A stretch of DNA of 64,000 bases from an uncultured Bacilli bacterium (GCA_934096075.1 CAKOLN010000003.1:26184-90183); one strand, 5' to 3'. Numbered from the stretch's first letter, positions 28,821-39,175 are shown. Translations and numbers: made by a program. The notes: generated by a model from the letters alone, not told the origin.

Positions 28821-30022
28821 AATTAAGTAAATATGTAATTAAGATTCCATATGGCACTAAAGTGATTTTATATAATACAGTAAATGATATGATTGTACTT
28901 TGCGATTATAAAGACTTTTTTAACAAAGAAACAAAACAATATTTAAAAAATAATGGATATTATGATAATAGTGAAAAACAATTAAAAAATTTTATAAAAA
29001 ATACTAAAAAGAAAAGAACCCAACTTGATATAACAATAAGTTTAACAGAGAGTTGTAATTTATGCTGTAAGTACTGCTCTCAAAGTGGAGTAAAAAATGA
29101 TTCATTTATAACTAAAGAAATAATTGATGAAATAATAGAATACATAGAAATTTGTAAAAATAAATATGGCTATAAAACATTTTCAATCCATTTATTTGGT
29201 GGAGAACCATTATTACAAAAGCAGGAGATTCTATATTTAAATAACAAATTAAAAGAAAAAAATATACCAATAAATTATTATATGGATACTAATGGAATAT
29301 TGTTAAGTGAAAAATTTATAAAAGAATTTGATAATATAACTTTTTGTGTAACATTAAGTAACAAATGCGACCACGATAATCTAAGAGTTACTTCAAACAA
29401 TACTGGAAGTTATGATTTAATTATGGAAAATCTAAACAAAATTCAGTATGTACTTGATAACAATCATAGATTAATGGTTAGATATAATGTGAATGATAGA
29501 AATATAAATGACTTAGAAGAATTCCTTAAAACAATTGAAAACATTAAAATAAGTGATTTTGTTGTAGCCTATACAAATAATTATAAAGAAAATTTATTTA
29601 TAAATAAATTACCTTATAAAAAGTATAAAAAATGGAATTCTAAAAAAATAATACCACTACTAGAAAAATATAATTATCCTATATCACTTCCTACATCAAG
29701 TTTTTATTGTAAAGGCTATGAAGACTATTCTATAAAAGTCTTTTCGAATGGTAAAATAGGTATGTGTAATGCCTATGATATTAGTAATTCAAAATATACA
29801 TTAAAAGAAATATTAGAAAACTACTATAAAACAAAAAAACTTATAAAACCTTTTGAAGAAGAAAGAAATCTTGATAATATAATAGATAAAGAATGTAAAA
29901 AATGTGCATTAATATATATATGTAATGGTAAATATTATTGCAGAGATAATAAATGTGATTTTTTAGATTATAATTTAAAAGAATACATTAAATCATATGT
30001 AAAAAATGTATTGAATAAATAA
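28817..30022 (+). CDS. Radical SAM enzyme with C-terminal SPASM/twitch-like Cys cluster and ~75-aa N-terminal extension (putative peptide-modifying maturase)
   Basis: 401 aa; CxxxCxxC as CNLCCKYC at about residues 80-87; C-terminal Cys cluster (MCNAY...CKKCALIYICNGKYYCRDNKC); the N-terminal extension before the rSAM core fits an RRE-like domain. Confidence 0.7.
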   Translation: MKLSKYVIKIPYGTKVILYNTVNDMIVLCDYKDFFNKETKQYLKNNGYYDNSEKQLKNFIKNTKKKRTQLDITISLTESCNLCCKYCSQSGVKNDSFITKEIIDEIIEYIEICKNKYGYKTFSIHLFGGEPLLQKQEILYLNNKLKEKNIPINYYMDTNGILLSEKFIKEFDNITFCVTLSNKCDHDNLRVTSNNTGSYDLIMENLNKIQYVLDNNHRLMVRYNVNDRNINDLEEFLKTIENIKISDFVVAYTNNYKENLFINKLPYKKYKKWNSKKIIPLLEKYNYPISLPTSSFYCKGYEDYSIKVFSNGKIGMCNAYDISNSKYTLKEILENYYKTKKLIKPFEEERNLDNIIDKECKKCALIYICNGKYYCRDNKCDFLDYNLKEYIKSYVKNVLNK

Positions 30023-30061
30023 AATAATTTGGTAAAATATAGTTAAGAAAGGAATTAAATT

Positions 30062-30166
30062 ATGAAAGTAATTAAGAAACCCGTTAAAAAATCTAAAATT
30101 AATGCAGCAGGATGTGGAGAAAACAAGGTTAATAGTAGCCATTGTGCATCAAAGAAAAGTAATTAA
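30062..30166 (+). CDS. Small ORF (34 aa) absent from the ORF track: candidate RiPP precursor / signalling peptide
   Basis: MKVIKKPVKKSKINAAGCGENKVNSSHCASKKSN; RBS AAAGGAA 8 nt upstream; a strong hairpin terminator (aggcccatatgggtct plus T-run, 30174-30200) lies immediately downstream; two Cys residues; sits directly after the rSAM/SPASM gene. Confidence 0.5.
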   Translation: MKVIKKPVKKSKINAAGCGENKVNSSHCASKKSN

Positions 30167-30272
30167 TTAGATTTAGGCCCATATGGGTCTTTATTTTTGT
30201 ATAAAATTACCACTACTTGCATTTTTTTTAAATTGTGCTAAAATAAAGTACACTGAAAAGAGGCGATTATAT

Positions 30273-32036
30273 ATGTCATTAATAAAAAAAGATACAAATT
30301 ATCCTAGTATTGATAAAACTCACGAAAAACAATATAATTTTTTTGAAAATAATCCAATAATTCCAAGCATAAGCATATTTAATGCAATAAACCTTATTAG
30401 TAAAAGCTATTCTAATGAAATTGCTGTTAATAGTTTAGAACTTAACAAGACTTTTAAATCGCTAATAAAAGATTCTGCTTTGCTTTCTAAAGCATTTAAA
30501 GAACTTGGAATAAAAAATGGTGACATAATTGTTGTATCAATGCCTAATTATTATCAAGCTGTAATTACTTTTTTTGCAGCAAATCGCATTGGAGCAACAA
30601 CAACATTTTTAAATTCATTTAGTAGTAAAGAAGAAATTAGTAATTATTTAAACTTATTTGAATCGCCTTTATTTATAAATTATAATAAAAGTGAAGAATA
30701 TAACAAATATATAAAAAATAATACAAAAGTAAGACAAATTATAACCCTATATGAAAAAGATTTAAATATGCCATATTTTAATGATAATACTAATAATTTT
30801 ATAGGCTATAATGATTTTATTTCTTTTAATGATGCAAAATTAGTTGGTAATTACTATAAAAAGCCATTAACAACATTATATGGAGGAAAAGAAAATGCTT
30901 TAATATTATACACAAGTGGAACTACAGGTAATCCAAAATCAGTAGTTTTAACCAATGAAAATATCTTGGCCTCAGGAATATACATGAAAAATTCAACAAA
31001 TTTATCAAATACTAAAGGAGAAAAATCATTAGTATGTGTACCATTTACTTACCCTTATGGTTTTTCAACATCAACATTAATGAGTTTATTATGTGGTAGA
31101 CAAGCAATTCTAGCACCTGATTTATCAAGTGAAAATATAAAAACATATTTAAAGAAAAATCCAAATATAATTTTTGGAAGCCCAGCATTATTAGAACTTA
31201 TAAAAAGAAATACACCTGAAAATCAAGATTTGTCATCAATTAAAACATTTATATCTGGTGGTGATTTTCTAACAGAAACGCAAGCGAAAGAAGGAAAAGA
31301 ATTTTTTAAAAAGCATAATGCAGAAGTAACAATATGTAATGGTTCTGGAAATGCGGAGACAGTTGGCGCCAGCACAAACTCAGTAGGAATAAAAATAAAA
31401 CCAGAAACAGTCGGAAAAATTCTAGTGGGCACAAAAGCAATTGTTATTAATCCTGACACAATGAAAGAATTAAAATATGGTGAAGAAGGTTTATTATGCA
31501 TAAGTGGTAAACATGTGTTTAAAGAATATTATAAAGAGCCAAAACTAACACAGGATTCAAAATTTATTTACAAAGGTAATACATATTTTAAAACAGGAAC
31601 AAGAGGCAAAATAGATAAAGAAGGTTACTTTACTTTAACTGGAAGAGATTCAAGATATTATATTATCTCAACTTTAAATAAAGTATATTGTGATAGAGTA
31701 CAATTAATTATGTCTAGAATAGATTGCATAGAAGCAGTAGCAATAGTAGAAAAACCTGACAAAGAAATGTTGTTTACAAACAAAGCATTTATTGTGTTAA
31801 AGGAAGGTATAAAAGCAAGCGAGGCAATAAAAAAATATATATTAAGAAAATGCACTGAAACTTTGAAATTAGAAAACGGAGAAGATGTTGAACTAAAAGA
31901 ATATGAAATACCTAGTAGCATAGAATTTGTTGAAAAATTGCCTAGAACCAAAGCAGATAAAATTGATTACAATGTTTTAAAAGAAAATGCAATAAATGAA
32001 TATAAAGAAGAACAGCATATACTAAAGCTTAAATAG
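30273..32036 (+). CDS. AMP-dependent synthetase/ligase (adenylate-forming enzyme, acyl-CoA-ligase-like)
   Basis: AMP-binding motif LYTSGTTGNPKSVVLT; A-domain-like architecture; RBS AAGAGG; start at the ATG at 30273. Confidence 0.8.
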   Translation: MSLIKKDTNYPSIDKTHEKQYNFFENNPIIPSISIFNAINLISKSYSNEIAVNSLELNKTFKSLIKDSALLSKAFKELGIKNGDIIVVSMPNYYQAVITFFAANRIGATTTFLNSFSSKEEISNYLNLFESPLFINYNKSEEYNKYIKNNTKVRQIITLYEKDLNMPYFNDNTNNFIGYNDFISFNDAKLVGNYYKKPLTTLYGGKENALILYTSGTTGNPKSVVLTNENILASGIYMKNSTNLSNTKGEKSLVCVPFTYPYGFSTSTLMSLLCGRQAILAPDLSSENIKTYLKKNPNIIFGSPALLELIKRNTPENQDLSSIKTFISGGDFLTETQAKEGKEFFKKHNAEVTICNGSGNAETVGASTNSVGIKIKPETVGKILVGTKAIVINPDTMKELKYGEEGLLCISGKHVFKEYYKEPKLTQDSKFIYKGNTYFKTGTRGKIDKEGYFTLTGRDSRYYIISTLNKVYCDRVQLIMSRIDCIEAVAIVEKPDKEMLFTNKAFIVLKEGIKASEAIKKYILRKCTETLKLENGEDVELKEYEIPSSIEFVEKLPRTKADKIDYNVLKENAINEYKEEQHILKLK

Positions 32037-32110
32037 AATTTATTCGAATAAATATTAAATAAATTCTTTTTTTGTGATATAATTTACTTAAAATACGAGG
32101 AGTTGATTAT

Positions 32111-34327
32111 ATGGGAACTGGAATATACTTTCCAATTAGTGCTTTATTATTTAGCTTATTGATAATGTTATTATTCTTTTTAAAAGAACATATTAATACA
32201 ATGGAAACAAAACTTTATGGTGCAATAGTTATAACAAATTTTTTAGGTTTAATCATTGAAATCCTATGTACATTAGCATCAAAAATATATGAAACTAATA
32301 AACTTTTTGCAGACATTATCTTAAAATTATATCTAGTTTATTTAGTAACATGGGCACTAATATTTACGATTTATATAATATTAATTTCATTTAATAATAA
32401 TAAACTAAAAAATAATAAAGAAAAATTACTTAGAATCGCAAAAATATTTTATTTTATTTCAGTAATAATAATTTATATTTTACCAATTGATTTAGTAATA
32501 AAAAATAATTTTTCAATAAGATATACAACTGGACCAAGTGTATATTTTACATACTTTATTTCATTTGTAATGATTATAGTTATGCTTTATTGTATGATAA
32601 AAAATTATAAAAATTTGAAATCAAAGAAATACCTACCATTATTTACTTTTTTAACTTTAGGTACTGCAACGATGATTTTTCAAATGATTAATCCTCAATT
32701 TTTATTAATAACATATATGGAAACATTTATAACTGTATTAATGTATCATACAATTGAAAACCCAGATGTTAAAATGAAAAATGAATTAGAACTAGCCAAA
32801 AATAAAGCAGATCAAGCAAATAATGCAAAATCAGATTTCTTATCAAGTATGTCGCATGAAATAAGAACACCATTAAATGCAATTGTAGGTTTATCAGAAA
32901 ATATGCAAACAGAAACAAACATGAATGTAATACATTCTAATGCAAAAGATGTAGTCGATGCAAGTTATATACTTTTAGATATAGTAAATAGTATACTAGA
33001 TATAAGTAAAATAGAAGCAGGAAAAATGGAAATGGTAAATACTAACTATAATCTAAAAAGTGAAGTAAAAAAACTAGTAAAACTATTAGAAACAAGAATA
33101 GGAGAAAAAGATTTAAAACTAGTAACAAATATAAGTGATGAAATACCAAATGTATTATATGGGGATGTAAATAAAGTAAAACAAATAATAACAAACTTAG
33201 TAACAAATGCAATAAAATATACAGACAGTGGAGAAGTAGATTTCACAATAGATGCAGAAAACAAAGATGATAAATGTAACTTAACAATAACAGTAAAAGA
33301 TACAGGAAGAGGAATAAAAGAAGAACAACTAAAACACCTATATGAAAAATTTGAAAGACTAGAAAGTGATAAAAACACAACAATCGAAGGAACAGGATTA
33401 GGACTAGCAATAACAAAACAATTAGTAGGAATGTTTAAAGGAACAATAACAGTAGATAGTATATATGGAAAAGGTTCAACATTCAAAGTAACACTAACAC
33501 AAGACATAAAAGAAGGAGTAATACTAGAAGAACATAATGAAACAGAACAACAAAAATATAATAATGTAAAAGTACTAGTAGTAGATGATAGTAGTCTAAA
33601 CTTAAAAGTAGCCGACACAATATTAAGAAAATATAATATAGAAACAGAACTAGTAACAAGTGGACAAGAATCAATAGAAAAATGCAAAACAAATAAATAT
33701 GATATAGTATTTATGGACATAATGATGCCTTCAATGTCAGGAGAAGAAACATTAAAAAAACTAAAAGAAATAAAAGACTTTAACACACCAGTGGTAGCCT
33801 TAACCGCAGATGCAATGGAAGGAAAGAAAGAAATATATCTAAGTGAAGGATTTATAGATTATCTAAGTAAACCAATACAAAGACCAGAATTAGAAGAAGT
33901 ACTAGGTAAAATATTAAGTAATAACATTTCATCAGAAACAAGAACAGAAGATAAAAGTACAAATAACCTATCATACTTAGAAGAACACGGTATAGATACA
34001 AAAACGCCATTAGAAATGTTTGGTAGTGAAGAAATGTACATAGATTCAATAAAAACATTTATAGAAGAAACACCAGAATCTTATACTAATCTTATGAGAT
34101 ACTATTTAGACAATGATTTAGAAGATTATAAAATTTTAGTTCACAAATTAAAAAGTGAAAGCAGGTATATTGGACTAAATAAATTCTCAGATATGTGTTT
34201 AGAACATGAAATAAAAGCAAAAGAAGGGGATAATCAATATATAATATCTAACTTTAGTAGCTTAATAAAAGAATACAAAAATGTAATGAGAATATTAAAA
34301 GATTTTATATGTACGACAAATAAATAA
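32111..34327 (+). CDS. Hybrid sensor histidine kinase (7 TM – HisKA – HATPase_c – REC – HPt)
   Basis: 738 aa; seven N-terminal TM helices; H-box SHEIRTPLNAI; N/G boxes (NAIKYT, GTGLGLAI); REC (VLVVDDSSLN...FMDIMMP); C-terminal HPt-like helix with HKLKSES. Confidence 0.8.
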   Translation: MGTGIYFPISALLFSLLIMLLFFLKEHINTMETKLYGAIVITNFLGLIIEILCTLASKIYETNKLFADIILKLYLVYLVTWALIFTIYIILISFNNNKLKNNKEKLLRIAKIFYFISVIIIYILPIDLVIKNNFSIRYTTGPSVYFTYFISFVMIIVMLYCMIKNYKNLKSKKYLPLFTFLTLGTATMIFQMINPQFLLITYMETFITVLMYHTIENPDVKMKNELELAKNKADQANNAKSDFLSSMSHEIRTPLNAIVGLSENMQTETNMNVIHSNAKDVVDASYILLDIVNSILDISKIEAGKMEMVNTNYNLKSEVKKLVKLLETRIGEKDLKLVTNISDEIPNVLYGDVNKVKQIITNLVTNAIKYTDSGEVDFTIDAENKDDKCNLTITVKDTGRGIKEEQLKHLYEKFERLESDKNTTIEGTGLGLAITKQLVGMFKGTITVDSIYGKGSTFKVTLTQDIKEGVILEEHNETEQQKYNNVKVLVVDDSSLNLKVADTILRKYNIETELVTSGQESIEKCKTNKYDIVFMDIMMPSMSGEETLKKLKEIKDFNTPVVALTADAMEGKKEIYLSEGFIDYLSKPIQRPELEEVLGKILSNNISSETRTEDKSTNNLSYLEEHGIDTKTPLEMFGSEEMYIDSIKTFIEETPESYTNLMRYYLDNDLEDYKILVHKLKSESRYIGLNKFSDMCLEHEIKAKEGDNQYIISNFSSLIKEYKNVMRILKDFICTTNK

Positions 34328-34394
34328 AAATGTAAACAGGTAATAAGAAAAAATATTATCTGTTTTTTCTATTTGCCTATAATGCTTGAAAAAA

Positions 34395-34589
34395 GAGGTG
34401 TAAACTTTACAAAAAATTTATTTAAAAAAAGGGTTGATTTTTACATAATTTTATCATATAATTATCATTGTATGACTGCGGAGAAGCGCGAGGTTGCTGA
34501 TACACCCGGTTAAGTTGTGATATCTTAACTAAATATCAGGTAATTCGTGCCGAGCGAGTCTATTATAAAATAGGCGAAGGAGGGTAATT
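34395..34589 (+). promoter_or_regulatory. S10-operon promoter plus ~110-nt GC-rich structured leader
   Basis: TTGATT-17-TATAAT at about 34432-34460; the leader (gactgcggagaagcgcgaggttgctgatacacccggttaag...gtgccgagcgagtc) is far more GC-rich than its surroundings. Confidence 0.5.
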
Positions 34590-34898
34590 ATGGCAAAAGA
34601 GAAGGTTCGTATCAAATTAAAAGCGTATGATCATAGAATACTTGATGTAGCAGCAAGCAAAATAGTAGATACAATCAAAAGAACAGGTGGTAAAGTTTCT
34701 GGACCAGTTCCACTACCAACTGATGTTGAAAAATTCACTATATTAAGAGCTGTTCACAAATATAAAGATTCTCGTGAACAATTTGAAATGCGTACACACA
34801 AAAGATTAATAGATGTAGATAGTCCAAGTAAAGAAACAGTTGATGCATTATCACACTTAGATTTACCTAGTGGAGTAGACATCGAAATCAAATTATAA
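34590..34898 (+). CDS. rpsJ: 30S ribosomal protein S10
   Basis: 102 aa; [19 protein letters not shown] is the S10 signature. Confidence 0.97.
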   Translation: MAKEKVRIKLKAYDHRILDVAASKIVDTIKRTGGKVSGPVPLPTDVEKFTILRAVHKYKDSREQFEMRTHKRLIDVDSPSKETVDALSHLDLPSGVDIEIKL

Positions 34899-34918
34899 TA
34901 ATGGAGGGAGTAATTAAA

Positions 34919-35704
34919 ATGAAAGGAATCTTAGGACGTAAAGTTGGAATGACTGAAGTCTTCACAACTAACGGATTACTTATACCTGTAACTGTTGTTG
35001 AAGTTGAACCAAATATAATAACTCAAATTAAAACAGTTGAAAAAGATGGGTATAACAGCATTCAATTAGGTGCTTTCACTAAAAGAGAAAAAGTATCTAA
35101 TAAACCAGAAATGGGACATATTAAGAAAGCTAACACTACACCTAAGCGCTTCTTAAAAGAAATTAAAGGGTTAGATGTATCAAACTATGAAGTTGGACAA
35201 ATAATCGGTGTAGACACTTTTGAAGCTGGAGAACTTGTAGATGTAACTGGTACATCAAAAGGAAAAGGCTTCCAAGGAACAATTAAAAGACATAACTTCT
35301 CAAGAGGACCTATGTCACACGGTTCTCATTACCACAGAGCTGTAGGTTCACGTGGACCAATGAGACCAATGAGAGTATTAAAAGGAAAGAAATTACCAGG
35401 ACATATGGGTAATGAACAAGTAACTATTCAAAATCTAGAAATAATTGCAGTAGATACTGAAAATAATTGCTTATTAATAAGTGGTAATATTCCAGGACCT
35501 AAAAAAGGTTATGTTCTTGTAAGAACAGCTGTTAAAAATGGTGGAAAAAATGAAGCAAAAGAATTAGTTTCATATGTAGTTGAAGAAGTAGTAGAAAATA
35601 CTGAAGAAGTAGTAACTGAAGAAATTACAGAAACACCAGAAACAGCCGTTGAAGAAACAACTGAAACAGTTGAAGAAACTTCACAAAAGGAAGGTGAAGA
35701 ATAA
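34919..35704 (+). CDS. rplC: 50S ribosomal protein L3, with ~55-aa acidic C-terminal extension
   Basis: [12 protein letters not shown] start after GGAGGG; tail [40 protein letters not shown]. Confidence 0.95.
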   Translation: MKGILGRKVGMTEVFTTNGLLIPVTVVEVEPNIITQIKTVEKDGYNSIQLGAFTKREKVSNKPEMGHIKKANTTPKRFLKEIKGLDVSNYEVGQIIGVDTFEAGELVDVTGTSKGKGFQGTIKRHNFSRGPMSHGSHYHRAVGSRGPMRPMRVLKGKKLPGHMGNEQVTIQNLEIIAVDTENNCLLISGNIPGPKKGYVLVRTAVKNGGKNEAKELVSYVVEEVVENTEEVVTEEITETPETAVEETTETVEETSQKEGEE

Positions 35705-36327
35705 TGGCAAAAATTAAAGTATTAAATTTAAATGGAGAAACAAAGGAAGACATCACATTAAATGATACTGTATGGAACACTGAAGTAAATGAAATAGTTT
35801 TATCAGATGCTATTAAATTACAAATGGCTTCATTAAGACAAGGAACTCATGATACTAAAGGTAGAAGTGAAGTATCTGGTGGTGGAAGAAAACCATGGAG
35901 ACAAAAAGGTACTGGGCGTGCTCGTCAAGGTACAATAAGAGCTCCTCACTGGGTTGGTGGTGGAATAGTATTCGGACCAACTCCAAGAGATTATGGTTTC
36001 AAAATGAATAAGAAAGAAAGAAGACTTGCATTAAGAAGTGCTCTTTCAGACAAATTCCAAAATAAAGAATTATGTGTTGTAGAAAATTTAGAATTGGCTA
36101 CACCAAAAACTAAAGACTTCAAGAAAGTTTTAGAAACATTAAAATTAGAAGGAAAAACACTTATAGTTACTGATGGTGAAAATGGTAATGCATGTTTAGC
36201 AGCAAGAAACTTAACTAACTTACATGTAATTGAACCAAGTAGCATCAATGTATTAGATTTAGTAGGTGCAGATAACTTATTAATCGATGTTGAAAGTGTT
36301 AAAAAGATAGAGGAGGTGCTTAAATAA
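35704..36327 (+). CDS. rplD: 50S ribosomal protein L4
   Basis: 207 aa; RQGTHDTKGRSEVSGGGRKPWRQKGTGRARQG motif. Confidence 0.95.
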   Translation: MAKIKVLNLNGETKEDITLNDTVWNTEVNEIVLSDAIKLQMASLRQGTHDTKGRSEVSGGGRKPWRQKGTGRARQGTIRAPHWVGGGIVFGPTPRDYGFKMNKKERRLALRSALSDKFQNKELCVVENLELATPKTKDFKKVLETLKLEGKTLIVTDGENGNACLAARNLTNLHVIEPSSINVLDLVGADNLLIDVESVKKIEEVLK

Positions 36328-36596
36328 TGAATTACGAAATAATTAAAGCACCAGTTATAACTGAAAAAACAAATAACTTAGCAAGTGAAAACGTATATGT
36401 ATTCAAAGTTGATAAAAAAGCTAACAAAACTCAAATTAAACAAGCAATTGAATCAAAATTTGGAGTAAAAGTAGAAAGCGTTAACACTGTTAATACACAA
36501 AGCAAAAAAAGAAGAGTAGGAAAATATACAGGTTACACATCTTCTTATAAAAAAGCTTATGTAAAACTAAAGGAAGGCTCTAAAATAGAGTTTTAG
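36327..36596 (+). CDS. rplW: 50S ribosomal protein L23
   Basis: 89 aa; position and conserved IIKAPVITEK. Confidence 0.93.
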   Translation: MNYEIIKAPVITEKTNNLASENVYVFKVDKKANKTQIKQAIESKFGVKVESVNTVNTQSKKRRVGKYTGYTSSYKKAYVKLKEGSKIEF

Positions 36597-36609
36597 AAGG
36601 TGATTATAT

Positions 36610-37443
36610 ATGGCAATAAGAAAATTCAAACCAATAACTAATGGTCAAAGAAATAAAAGTACATTAGTAAACGAAGAAATAACAAAATCTACTCCAGAAA
36701 AAAGCTTAACTGAAAAATTAAATAAAAAAGCTGGAAGAAATAATCAAGGTAAAATAACTGTTAGACATCGTGGTGGCGGAGTTAAAAGAAAATACCGTGT
36801 AATAGATTTCAAAAGAAATAAAGATGGTGTTATCGGGACTGTTGCATCAATCGAATATGATCCAAACAGAAGTGCTAATATAGCTTTAATAAACTATGCA
36901 GATGGTGAAAAAAGATATATAATAGCACCACTTGATTTAAAAGTTGGAGATAAAATTGAAAGTGGAGAAAATGTAGATATCAAAGTTGGTAATGCTCTTC
37001 CACTTATGAACATTCCTGTTGGTACAGTTGTACACAACATCGAAATGAATCCTGGAAAAGGTGCTCAACTAGCAAGAGGTGCTGGATCAAGTGCACAAAT
37101 CCTAGGAAGAGAAGGAAAATACGTATTATTAAGATTAAAGAGTGGTGAAACTAGAAAGGTTCAAGGTGTATGCCGTGCTACAATTGGTACAGTAGGAAAT
37201 CTTGATTATGAACTAGTACACTTAGGTAAAGCAGGTCGTAAAAGACTTATGGGTTGGCGTCCAACAGTACGTGGATCAGTTATGAACCCTAATGATCACC
37301 CTCATGGTGGTGGTGAAGGTAAAGCTCCAGTAGGACGTAAAGGACCAATGACTCCTTGGGGTAAACCAGCTCTTGGATTAAAAACACGTAAAACAAAGAA
37401 AGCAAGCGAGAAATTAATAGTATCTCGTAGAAAGAAAAAATAA
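36610..37443 (+). CDS. rplB: 50S ribosomal protein L2
   Basis: 277 aa; [11 protein letters not shown] and [14 protein letters not shown] motifs. Confidence 0.97.
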   Translation: MAIRKFKPITNGQRNKSTLVNEEITKSTPEKSLTEKLNKKAGRNNQGKITVRHRGGGVKRKYRVIDFKRNKDGVIGTVASIEYDPNRSANIALINYADGEKRYIIAPLDLKVGDKIESGENVDIKVGNALPLMNIPVGTVVHNIEMNPGKGAQLARGAGSSAQILGREGKYVLLRLKSGETRKVQGVCRATIGTVGNLDYELVHLGKAGRKRLMGWRPTVRGSVMNPNDHPHGGGEGKAPVGRKGPMTPWGKPALGLKTRKTKKASEKLIVSRRKKK

Positions 37444-37460
37444 AGAAAGGATTTGTGAGT

Positions 37461-37727
37461 ATGTCAAGAAGTTTAAAAAAAGGACCTTACGTTTTTGAAA
37501 GATTACTAAATAAAGTAAAATCATTAAACGAAAGTGGAAAAAAAGAAGTAATTAAAACTTGGTCACGTCGTTCAACAATCTATCCTGATTTCGTTGGACA
37601 CACAATTGCAGTACACAATGGAAAAGATTTCATTCCTGTGTATATCACAGAAGACATGGTTGGTCACAAACTAGGAGAGTTTGCATTAACTCGTAAGTTT
37701 GGTGGACACGCTGGCGAAAACAAATAG
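37461..37727 (+). CDS. rpsS: 30S ribosomal protein S19
   Basis: [11 protein letters not shown] start; ~88 aa. Confidence 0.95.
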   Translation: MSRSLKKGPYVFERLLNKVKSLNESGKKEVIKTWSRRSTIYPDFVGHTIAVHNGKDFIPVYITEDMVGHKLGEFALTRKFGGHAGENK

Positions 37728-37739
37728 GAAGGTGAATAA

Positions 37740-38087
37740 ATGGAAACTTATGCAATACATAAAGGTGCCATGATTGCACCTAGAAAAGCAAGAATGACAC
37801 TTGACCTTATAAGAGGAAAAAAAGTAACAGAAGCAAGAGCAATACTATTAACAACTAACACTAAAGGTAGTCGTTTAATCAGTAAAGTTCTTGAAAGTGC
37901 TACTGCAAATGCAGTAAACAACTTAAATCTTAAAGAAGAAGATTTATATGTAACAGAAACTTATATCAGTGAAGGACCTACATTAAAAAGAAGTAAAATA
38001 GCTTCTCGTGGTTCAGTTGATAGAAGAGACAAAAGAACAAGTCACATATTTGTTAAAGTAAGTGACAAGAAAGGAGCTACAGAATAG
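37740..38087 (+). CDS. rplV: 50S ribosomal protein L22
   Basis: 115 aa; operon position; conserved [13 protein letters not shown]. Confidence 0.95.
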   Translation: METYAIHKGAMIAPRKARMTLDLIRGKKVTEARAILLTTNTKGSRLISKVLESATANAVNNLNLKEEDLYVTETYISEGPTLKRSKIASRGSVDRRDKRTSHIFVKVSDKKGATE

Positions 38088-38088
38088 C

Positions 38089-38766
38089 ATGGGACAAAAA
38101 GTAAGTCCAGTCGGACTAAGAATTGGAATCAATAAAGACTGGGAAAGCAAATGGTATGCTAAAAATAAAGATTTCTCTAAAATGTTAAATACAGATATTA
38201 AAATTCGTAAATACTTAGAAAAAGCTTTAAAAGGTAGCTCAGTTGCAAACATAGTTATTGAAAGAAACAATAAAAGAACAAATGTAATAATTAACACTTC
38301 TAAACCAGGTGTTGTAATAGGACGTGGTGGAGAAGAAATAGAAAAACATAAGAAAGCTTTATCAAAATTAACTGGTGAAGACATCTATGTTTCAATCGTT
38401 GAAATCAAACAACCAGACTTAAATGCAGCATTAGTTGCAGAACAAATTGCAATGCAAATTGAAAATCGTGCTTCATTCAGAATGGCTCAAAAAAGAGCAA
38501 TAAGAAATACAATGAAAGCAGGAGCAAAGGGTATTAAAACTCAAGTATCAGGTCGTTTAAATGGTGCAGAAATTGCAAGAAGCGAAGGATACACTGAAGG
38601 AACAGTACCACTTCATACTTTAAGAGCTGATATAGATTATGCTCATAAAGAAGCTGATACTATTTATGGAAAAATCGGTGTAAAAGTATGGATCTATAAA
38701 GGAGAAATCCTTCCTGCTAAAGGAAATAAGGGAGGTAAGAAAGATGTTACTACCAAAGAGAACTAA
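38089..38766 (+). CDS. rpsC: 30S ribosomal protein S3
   Basis: [13 protein letters not shown] start; KH domain. Confidence 0.96.
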   Translation: MGQKVSPVGLRIGINKDWESKWYAKNKDFSKMLNTDIKIRKYLEKALKGSSVANIVIERNNKRTNVIINTSKPGVVIGRGGEEIEKHKKALSKLTGEDIYVSIVEIKQPDLNAALVAEQIAMQIENRASFRMAQKRAIRNTMKAGAKGIKTQVSGRLNGAEIARSEGYTEGTVPLHTLRADIDYAHKEADTIYGKIGVKVWIYKGEILPAKGNKGGKKDVTTKEN

Positions 38767-39175
38767 ATATAGAAAACCTCATCGTGTTAGTTACGAAGGA
38801 AAAAGTAAAGGTAAAAATGTATTATCTTACGGAGAATATGGATTAGTTGCAAAAGAAGGAGCTTATATCACTGCTAGACAAATAGAAGCTGCTCGTGTAG
38901 CTATGACAAGAGAAATGAAAAAGTCTAAAAGAGGTAAAGTATTCATCAACATATTCCCTCATTTAGCAAGAACTAAAAAACCTTTGGAAGTTCGTATGGG
39001 AAGCGGAAAAGGTAACGTAGAAGAATGGGTAGCAGTAGTTAAAGAAGGTAAAATCATGTTTGAAATGACTGATGTAACTGAAGAAACTGCTAGAGAAGCA
39101 TTCAGATTAGCTGGACATAAACTACCTATCAAAACAAAATTCATTAAGAAAGAAGGTGTAACTAATGAAAACTAG
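38744..39175 (+). CDS. rplP: 50S ribosomal protein L16
   Basis: [14 protein letters not shown] start. Confidence 0.96.
   Translation: MLLPKRTKYRKPHRVSYEGKSKGKNVLSYGEYGLVAKEGAYITARQIEAARVAMTREMKKSKRGKVFINIFPHLARTKKPLEVRMGSGKGNVEEWVAVVKEGKIMFEMTDVTEETAREAFRLAGHKLPIKTKFIKKEGVTNEN

Noticed and set aside
33046-34058. Minus-strand ORFs (246 aa, 69 aa, 68 aa, 60 aa) within the histidine kinase gene
   Set aside because: Antisense to a well-supported hybrid histidine kinase; the translations are low-complexity.
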